A stretch of DNA of 64,000 nt from Hyphomicrobiales bacterium (GTDB lineage Bacteria > Pseudomonadota > Alphaproteobacteria > Rhizobiales > Xanthobacteraceae), in assembly GCA_034669145.1 (NCBI GenBank), contig JAXDNY010000060.1:18555-82554 (forward strand), in the 5' to 3' direction. Every line of letters starts with the position of its first letter. Position 1 is the first letter of the stretch. The notes below the pieces were generated by a model. That model did no database searches. It was not told the origin of the DNA and saw nothing but the letters and a program-made list of their open reading frames with translations. Position numbers and translations under genes: made by a program. This document shows, in pieces, positions 56,710-64,000 of this stretch.

Positions 56710-57392
56710 CGGCACGGCCGTCGCTCTCCATTATTCTCCCGGTTCTCGACGAAGCTGCGAATATTGTCGCGGCGCTGGAGGCATTGGCACCGCTGCATTC
56801 CCGCGGAGCGGAGATCATCATTGCCGATGGTGGGAGCCGCGACGCGACGACCGCACTCGCTCGGCCTCTCGCCGACCGCGTTCTTGTCAGCGCGCGCGGG
56901 CGCGCCACACAGATGAATGCCGGGGCCGGGGCGGCGCGCGGCGGCGTGCTCTTGTTCCTGCATGCCGACACGCGGCCGCCCGCGGATGCCGACCGGCTGA
57001 TCCTTGAAGGTCTGGCGCAATCGCGGCGCGCCTGGGGGCGCTTCGATGTGACGATCGAGGGCGAACACCCGCTGTTCCCCGTCATCGCATGGTTCATGAA
57101 TACCCGCTCGCACCTCACCGGCATCGCGACGGGCGATCAGGCGATATTCGTCACGCGCGCCGCGTTCGACGCGGCCGGCGGATTTCCCGAGATCGCCCTG
57201 ATGGAAGACATTGCGTTCGCACGCCACCTCAAGCGCGTGTCGCATCCGCTCTGCCTGCGTGCGCGCGTGACCACGTCAGGCCGGCGCTGGGAGACGCGCG
57301 GGGTGCTGCGCACGGTCTTTCTGATGTGGCGCTTGCGGCTTGCGTATTTTTTCGGAGCGGATCCGCAGGAGCTTGCGCGGCGGTACGGCTAA
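56706..57392 (+). CDS. GT2-type glycosyltransferase (TIGR04283-like partner of the radical SAM protein)
   Basis: The GTG overlaps the upstream TGA (GTGA). LSIILPVLDEAANI, IIADGGSRD, LFLHADT and TSGRRWE. Confidence 0.75.
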   Translation: MTARPSLSIILPVLDEAANIVAALEALAPLHSRGAEIIIADGGSRDATTALARPLADRVLVSARGRATQMNAGAGAARGGVLLFLHADTRPPADADRLILEGLAQSRRAWGRFDVTIEGEHPLFPVIAWFMNTRSHLTGIATGDQAIFVTRAAFDAAGGFPEIALMEDIAFARHLKRVSHPLCLRARVTTSGRRWETRGVLRTVFLMWRLRLAYFFGADPQELARRYG

Positions 57393-58546
57393 ACCCGTCC
57401 CTCCAGCGCGCGCATGAAGATGGTACGCGCCGCGCGGCGGTCGAACTTGACGGGGTTGCCGCCCGCGGTCGGGTCCTCCGGCGCCATTTTCACGATCTGG
57501 TCGACCTTGTCGTCGCCCACCTTGAGGCCCGCGAGCGTGTGCGGAATGCCGAGTTGTTCGCGCAGCTCCAGTACGAAATCCATGAAGGCGCGAAAATTCG
57601 GCCGCAAGCCGATATAGGCGGCGAGCCGCTTCACCTTGTCGTCGATGGCCTTGCGATTGAAGGCGAGCACGTAAGGAACGAACACCGCGTTGGTCAGCCC
57701 ATGATGCGTGTTGTAGAGCGAGCCGACCGGATGCGAGAGCGCGTGGATGCCGCCGAGGCCCTTCTGGAACGCCGTCGCGCCAGCCGCGGCCGCCGCCATC
57801 ATGTGGGCGCGCGCCTCGATGTTGGTCCCGTCTTTGTAGGCTGTGACGAGGTTTTCCTTCACCAGCCGCACGCATTCGGCCGCGACCCCGTCGGCGAACG
57901 CGTGATAGGACGGCACGCACAACGCTTCAAGGCCGTGCGAGAACGCATCCATGCCGGTGCCGGCCGTGATGTGCGGCGGCATGCCGACGGTCAGCTCAGG
58001 ATCGCAGATCGTCACCCTCGGCAGCATCAATGGATGAAAGATGATCTTCTTGGTGTGGGTCTTTTCATTTGTCACGACCGCCGCGCGGCCGACCTCCGAG
58101 CCCGTGCCGGCCGTGGTCGGCACCGCGACGACGGGCGCGATCGCGTTCGCGTCCGCGCGCGTCCACCAGTCCCCGACATCCTCGAAGTCGAACACGGAAC
58201 GCGTCTGGCCATGCATAAGCGCGATCAGCTTGCCGGCATCGAGCGCAGAGCCGCCGCCGAACCCCACCACGCCGTCATGGCCGCCGGCCTTGTAGGCCGC
58301 CACACCTTGCGCGACGTTGGCCTCGACCGGATTGGGCTGGACGTCGGCGAACATTTTCGCCGGAACGCCGGCGGCGGCGAGCGTCTGCAGCGCGGCCTGC
58401 GTCATCGGCATTTTGGCGACCACCGGATCGGTGACGAACAGCGGGTTTGAGAACTTCGCGGCCTTCACGGCCTCGCCGAGTTCGCTCGCACGCCCGGCGC
58501 CGAAGCGCACCGTGGTCGGGTAATTCCAGTTGCCGCGCAGGTCCAT
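57389..58546 (-). CDS. Iron-containing (group III) alcohol dehydrogenase
   Basis: ORF 57389..58564. ATG 58546 is preferred because the upstream codons lie in MITE copy E. GFGGGSALDAGK, PTTAGTGSE and HALSHPVGSLYNTHHG. Confidence 0.85.
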   Translation of the reverse strand: MDLRGNWNYPTTVRFGAGRASELGEAVKAAKFSNPLFVTDPVVAKMPMTQAALQTLAAAGVPAKMFADVQPNPVEANVAQGVAAYKAGGHDGVVGFGGGSALDAGKLIALMHGQTRSVFDFEDVGDWWTRADANAIAPVVAVPTTAGTGSEVGRAAVVTNEKTHTKKIIFHPLMLPRVTICDPELTVGMPPHITAGTGMDAFSHGLEALCVPSYHAFADGVAAECVRLVKENLVTAYKDGTNIEARAHMMAAAAAGATAFQKGLGGIHALSHPVGSLYNTHHGLTNAVFVPYVLAFNRKAIDDKVKRLAAYIGLRPNFRAFMDFVLELREQLGIPHTLAGLKVGDDKVDQIVKMAPEDPTAGGNPVKFDRRAARTIFMRALEGRV

Positions 58547-58558
58547 CGTCTTCCTTTC

Positions 58559-58674
58559 TGTCATTCCGGCCGAGCGAAGCGAGAGCCGGAATCCATAACT
58601 ACGGACCGCGCGACTCTTGAACCGTTCGTGGTTATGGGTCCCGGATCTCGGCTTGCAGCCTCGCCCGGGATGAC
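58559..58674. repeat. MITE-like nested inverted-repeat element, copy E (116 bp)
   Basis: Termini tgtcattccgg / cccgggatgac. Inner pair gccggaatccataac / gttatgggtcccgg. It lies within the operon spacer between the ALDH and ADH genes. Confidence 0.85.
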
Positions 58675-58681
58675 CACCGCG

Positions 58682-60067
<1,386 letters not shown>

Positions 60068-60086
60068 GAGGCTCCGGTCTTGCTTC

Positions 60087-60213
60087 ACCCTCCCCTGGAG
60101 GGGGAGGGTCGGCGCCGAAGGCGCCGGGGTGGGGTGAATAGACCGGCGGGGCGCAGAAAGTCACCCCCACCCGGACCGCTTCGCGGTCCGACCTCCCCCC
60201 TCCAGGGGGAGGT
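60087..60213. repeat. GC-rich double palindrome: two inverted copies of a ~51-bp unit
   Basis: Left unit accctcccctggagggggagggtcggcgccgaaggcgccggggtggggtga (60087-60137). Right unit tcacccccacccggaccgcttcgcggtccgacctcccccctccagggggaggt (60161-60213) is its near reverse complement. Each unit also contains internal palindromes. Confidence 0.8.
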
Positions 60214-60222
60214 AAAGAAAGC

Positions 60223-61590
60223 TCAATATCTCTCAAACCCGCGCATCAGCTCCCAATCCGTGATCCGCCGGTCATACTCGAACTGCTCCCACTTCGCGGT
60301 GTGTACATAATGGTCGATCACCTCGCCGCCGAGGGCCGCGCGCAGCATTTTCGACTTGTCCAGCGCCTCGGTCGCCTCGCGCAAGGTCTTCGGCACTTCG
60401 GGCAGCTTCGCGCCATGATAGGCATCGCCCGAAAACGGCTTGTCGAGCACGAGCTTCTCCTCGATCCCCGCAAGCCCCACCGCGATCAGTGCCGCGAACG
60501 CCAGATACGGATTGAGGTCCGCGCCGCCGATGCGGCACTCGATGCGGATCGCCTTGCCGCCCTCCCCGCACAGCCGGAATCCCGCGGTGCGATTGTCGCG
60601 GCTCCACACCGCCTTGGTCGGCGCGAAAGTGCCGACCTGGAAGCGCTTGTACGAGTTGATATACGGCGCGAGAAACCAGGTGATGTCGCTCGCGTACTTG
60701 AGTTGCCCCGCCACGAACGCGCGCATCAGCGGCGACATCGTGAACTCGGCTTTGGCGTCGTAGAACAGCGGCGTCTTGCCGGCCGCGTCCCACAGCGAGA
60801 CGTGCACATGCGACGATGAACCCGCGAGGCCATAATTCCATTTCGACATGAAGGTGACGGCCTTGCCTTGGCTGTGCGCGATCTCCTTCACGCCGTTCTT
60901 CAGGATCGCGTGATTGTCGGCCATGTCGAGCGCGTCGGAGTAGCGGACGTTGATCTCCTCCTGTCCCGGCCCCCACTCGCCTTTCGAGTTCTCCACCGGA
61001 ATGCCCGCGCCCTGCAGGCCGCGGCGGATGGCGCGCATCACGCCTTCCTCCTTGGTGGTCTGCAGGATGTGGTAGTCCTCGATGTAATAACCCGCGGTCT
61101 TCGGCTCGTGATAGCGCTTGGCGTGGATCGCCTCGTAGCTCTCGTCAAACAGATAGAACTCAAGCTCCGAGGCGCAGTAGGCGCGCATCTTCTGCTTCTT
61201 CAGGCGCGCAACTTGAGCCTTCAACATCGCGCGCGGCGAATGCGGCACGTCATGGTGATGGTGATCGAGCACGTCGGCCAGCACCAGCGCGGTGCCGTCG
61301 AGCCACGGCAGGCGGCGCAAGGTCGTCATGTCGGGCTTCATGACGAAATCGCCATAGCCCTTGTCCCAACTTGCCGCCGCATAGCCCGGCACCGGCTCCA
61401 TGTCGATGTCGTCAGCCAGCAGGTAGTTGCAGCCGTGCGTCTCCTCGTGCGCGCCGTCGACGAAGAACTCCGCCTGGAAGCGCTTGCCGACGAGGCGGCC
61501 CTGCATGTCGACCATGGCGACGATTACGGTGTCGATCGTGCCGGCCGCGACGGCCTTCTTCAGGTCGTTGAAACTGAGATTTCCCGGCAT
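60223..61590 (-). CDS. Glutamine synthetase-family gamma-glutamyl-amine ligase (PuuA/GlnA3-like)
   Basis: 455-aa ORF. EFYLF, GEWGPGQEEIN, GSSSHVHVSLW, NSYKRF, and an R...R pair near DNRTAGFR. Confidence 0.85.
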   Translation of the reverse strand: MPGNLSFNDLKKAVAAGTIDTVIVAMVDMQGRLVGKRFQAEFFVDGAHEETHGCNYLLADDIDMEPVPGYAAASWDKGYGDFVMKPDMTTLRRLPWLDGTALVLADVLDHHHHDVPHSPRAMLKAQVARLKKQKMRAYCASELEFYLFDESYEAIHAKRYHEPKTAGYYIEDYHILQTTKEEGVMRAIRRGLQGAGIPVENSKGEWGPGQEEINVRYSDALDMADNHAILKNGVKEIAHSQGKAVTFMSKWNYGLAGSSSHVHVSLWDAAGKTPLFYDAKAEFTMSPLMRAFVAGQLKYASDITWFLAPYINSYKRFQVGTFAPTKAVWSRDNRTAGFRLCGEGGKAIRIECRIGGADLNPYLAFAALIAVGLAGIEEKLVLDKPFSGDAYHGAKLPEVPKTLREATEALDKSKMLRAALGGEVIDHYVHTAKWEQFEYDRRITDWELMRGFERY

Positions 61591-61609
61591 TGTGTTCCCC
61601 GAATCCGGA

Positions 61610-62077
61610 TCAGATGCTTACACGCTTTTCCATGAAAACACTCAGCGGGTCCGGCGCATAGTCGCCGAAAGGCCCGCGCTCGGCAAAGCCGGCGCGCCGA
61701 TAGAGCGCGAGCGCGTCGGTGTTGTGGATGCCGGTTTCCAGCCGCAGAAGAGATAGTCCCGCGGTGCGCGCGATGCCCTCCAGTTCGGATAGCACTCGCG
61801 CTCCGATCCCGCGCCCGCGCTGATCCGGGCGGACAACCATGCGTTTGATCTCGCCCCAGCCGCGCGGATCGCGTAAAATCGCGCCGCAGCCGATCACCTC
61901 GCGCGAGTCACGCACGACCAAAAACGTCACCGCCGGATCCGACAGCGCCGCCATATCGAGGAAATGATTGCTCTCCGCCGGATAAAGCGAGGTCATCAGC
62001 GTGTCGAGCGCCGCGATCAGCCGCACCACGTCGGGCTGATCGGGCGGCTCGGGCCGGATCGTGAACGTGTCGTTCAT
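61610..62077 (-). CDS. GNAT family N-acetyltransferase
   Basis: C-terminal 155 aa of ORF 61610..63379, from ATG 62077. VRPDQRGRGIGARVL (acetyl-CoA motif A). ATGA overlap with the upstream aminotransferase. Confidence 0.8.
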   Translation of the reverse strand: MNDTFTIRPEPPDQPDVVRLIAALDTLMTSLYPAESNHFLDMAALSDPAVTFLVVRDSREVIGCGAILRDPRGWGEIKRMVVRPDQRGRGIGARVLSELEGIARTAGLSLLRLETGIHNTDALALYRRAGFAERGPFGDYAPDPLSVFMEKRVSI

Positions 62078-63438
62078 TTCCCCGCCGCCACGCCGGCGAT
62101 GGATTCGTCGATGATATCGAGCGCGCGGCCCATCTCGGCCTCGGTCGTGGTCAGCGGCGGCGTCAGGGTCAGCACGTTGCCGAACGTGGTCTTGAACGAC
62201 AGCCCCTTCTCCAGCGCGCGATACATCACGGCCTCGGCGGCGGCCTTGGCCGGAGCCTTGCTGACGCGTGACGTCACCAGTTCGATACCGAGCAGGAAAC
62301 CCAAGCCCCGCACGTCGCCGATCAGGGCGTGCTTCGACTTCATGTCGTGCATGCGGGCGAGCGCGGAGGCGCCGACCCTGGCGGCATTCTCGACCAGCTC
62401 TTCGTCCTCGATGATCTGGATGGTGGCGAGCGCCGCGCGCGCCGTCACGGGATTTTTCTCGTGCGTGTAATGACCGAACGCATAGTCCGCCCCGACATCG
62501 AGCTCGGGGCGCGCGATCACGGCGGCAATCGGCAGGATGCCGCCGCCGAGCGCCTTGCCGAGTACGGCCAGGTCCGGCACCACGCCCTCGTGCTGGCAGG
62601 CGAACATCTTGCCGGTCTTGCCGAGGCCGGTCGGGATCTCGTCGAAGATCAGCAGCGTGCCGTGGCGATCGCAGGCCTTGCGCACGCGCCGCCAGAAACC
62701 GGGCGGCGGAATGTGCGGCACCGCGCGCATCGGTTCGGCGATGAAGGCCGCGACGTCGCCCTCGCGCTCGAGTACATATTCGATCATGCGGGCGCAGGCG
62801 TCCGCGCTGGCGCCGATGGTCGAGGTGCCGTAGGGACAGCGGTACGCCGCGTAAGGCGCGACGTGCTCGGCACCCGGCATCAGCGGCCCGATGCCGCCGG
62901 AGCGGAACAACGCCTCGCCGCCCACGGCGGCAGCGCCGAAGCCCGCGCCATGGAACGCATCCCAGAACGACAACGTCTTGTACCGCTTGGTCGCGGCGCG
63001 CGCGAGCTTGATGGCGACCTCGATCGCGTCCGACCCGCCGGTGGTGAACAGCACCTTGGAGAGATTGCCCGGCGCGATCTCGGCAAGCTTGGCGGCAAGC
63101 GCGACCGCCGGCCCGTTGGTGTAGCGGCGCGGCGCGAACGGCAGCGCGTCCATCTGCTCGGCGATCGCGCGCTTCAGGCGCGGATGGCCATAGCCGATGT
63201 GATGCACGTTGTTGCCGTGGAAATCCATATAGCGCCGCCCGGCCGTGTCCTCGATCCAGATGCCGTCCGCCTTCACGATGGCATTGAGGCAGGGCGTCGA
63301 GAGCGACTGGCGCAGGAAGTATTTCTCGTCCTCGGCGAGCAGCGTCTGCGCCTCGGCGTCGAGGTTCTTCTCGGCCCACGCGCGCCGCTGCGGCGACAGG
63401 TTGGTGTCGCTTTCGGATTCGGAAGGTTGCGCGCTCAT
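62074..63438 (-). CDS. Class III (omega-type) PLP aminotransferase
   Basis: Internal ATG 63438 of ORF 62074..63882. TTGGSDAIE, FDEIPTGLGKTGKMFA and LGKALGGG (PLP Lys). ATGA overlap with the upstream permease gene. Confidence 0.85.
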   Translation of the reverse strand: MSAQPSESESDTNLSPQRRAWAEKNLDAEAQTLLAEDEKYFLRQSLSTPCLNAIVKADGIWIEDTAGRRYMDFHGNNVHHIGYGHPRLKRAIAEQMDALPFAPRRYTNGPAVALAAKLAEIAPGNLSKVLFTTGGSDAIEVAIKLARAATKRYKTLSFWDAFHGAGFGAAAVGGEALFRSGGIGPLMPGAEHVAPYAAYRCPYGTSTIGASADACARMIEYVLEREGDVAAFIAEPMRAVPHIPPPGFWRRVRKACDRHGTLLIFDEIPTGLGKTGKMFACQHEGVVPDLAVLGKALGGGILPIAAVIARPELDVGADYAFGHYTHEKNPVTARAALATIQIIEDEELVENAARVGASALARMHDMKSKHALIGDVRGLGFLLGIELVTSRVSKAPAKAAAEAVMYRALEKGLSFKTTFGNVLTLTPPLTTTEAEMGRALDIIDESIAGVAAGK

Positions 63439-64000
63439 CGCCGCCGCCAGGCCTGCAGGCGCGTGAACAGGAAGCGGTCGAGCAGGATCTGCAGGAGCTT
63501 TGCGCCGAGCGCCGTGAACACGATCATGGTCGCCATGCCGGCGGCGGCGGCCGAGGCGCCCATTTCGTCCATGTGGACGATCGCGATCGCGGCAAGCTTG
63601 GTGTCCGGCCCGTAGAGGAAGATCACGGCGGAGACCGTCGTCAGCGCGTTGACGAAAATATACACCGCGATGTCGAGGATCGAGGGCCAGCAGATCGGCA
63701 CGGTAACACGATAGAACGTGCGCCAGAACGGAACCTTGAGTGAGGCGGAAACGGACTCGAACTCCGGATCGATCTGCTTCAGCGCGGTGAGCGAGGTGAT
63801 GTGCGCGACCGTGTAGAAATGCGCAACCGAATTGATCACCAGCACGGCGAGCGTGCCGTAGAGAAAGCCGAGCGGATTCCATTTGGCATTGACGAAGAAC
63901 ACGTAGCCCAGCCCGAGCACGAGACCCGGTACCGCCATGGGGAGCATCGCGAGCAGATGCGCGATCATGCGCCCGCCGGGCAGCACTTTCGTCTTCTCGA
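63435..64000 (-). CDS. ABC transporter permease, 3' part (gene continues beyond the window end)
   Basis: Open frame to the window edge. It has the conserved permease loop (KQIDPEFESVSASLKVPFWRTFYRVTVPI). The C-terminus (LYGPDTKLAAIAIVHMDEMG) resembles Fe3+/2-aminoethylphosphonate-type permeases; the subfamily is uncertain. Confidence 0.7.
   Translation of the reverse strand, partial: EKTKVLPGGRMIAHLLAMLPMAVPGLVLGLGYVFFVNAKWNPLGFLYGTLAVLVINSVAHFYTVAHITSLTALKQIDPEFESVSASLKVPFWRTFYRVTVPICWPSILDIAVYIFVNALTTVSAVIFLYGPDTKLAAIAIVHMDEMGASAAAAGMATMIVFTALGAKLLQILLDRFLFTRLQAWRRR

Overview
High-GC (about 63-66% on hand-counted 60-nt lines) alphaproteobacterial chromosomal segment. Gene content and repeat families look like Nitrobacteraceae/Bradyrhizobiaceae (Bradyrhizobium, Rhodopseudomonas or Afipia type). 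All family calls come from motifs I recognise in the supplied ORF translations; no searches were run. I call about 60 protein-coding genes. The left third is conserved core: YcgN, a class A PBP, a DUF1214/DUF1254 pair, DUF2336, DUF1491, a peptidoglycan-binding protein plus a PAS histidine kinase, SufE, a DnaA-C-like HTH/DUF6456 pair, MucR, oligopeptidase B, SodB and a class IV aminotransferase. The middle holds folP-folK and methylmalonyl-CoA mutase genes (mutA, mutB, meaB). These are interrupted twice: by an antisense low-GC FkbM methyltransferase between mutA and mutB, and by an 11.5-kb mosaic block between mutB and meaB. That block contains a Uma2 nuclease, a lipoprotein, a 727-aa SGNH hydrolase, an orphan HWE kinase, tctCBA, a low-GC orphan membrane protein and an amidohydrolase. 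The right third is more accessory: a CDF transporter, a Pcp-like peptidase, a TAT beta-helix repeat protein, a RES-Xre toxin-antitoxin pair, a CoA-transferase, asparaginase II, a GGDEF-EAL protein, an orphan FeeM-type N-acyl amino acid synthase, an ArsS-type radical SAM/glycosyltransferase pair, and a putative gamma-glutamylation-type amine catabolic operon. I found no rRNA, tRNA, CRISPR array, transposase or integrase. Non-coding structure is rich. There are five copies plus one solo end of a nested-inverted-repeat MITE-like element. There are also two other palindromic repeat types, a perfect hairpin over a ribosome-binding site, and a TTAA-rich leader upstream of the FeeM-like gene. Other oddities are an in-frame haloacid dehalogenase/enoyl-CoA hydratase read-through ORF and an internally deleted Eis-like GNAT pseudogene. 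No single clearly novel system stands out; the best candidates are the FeeM/radical-SAM/GT locus and the mutase-interrupting insertions.
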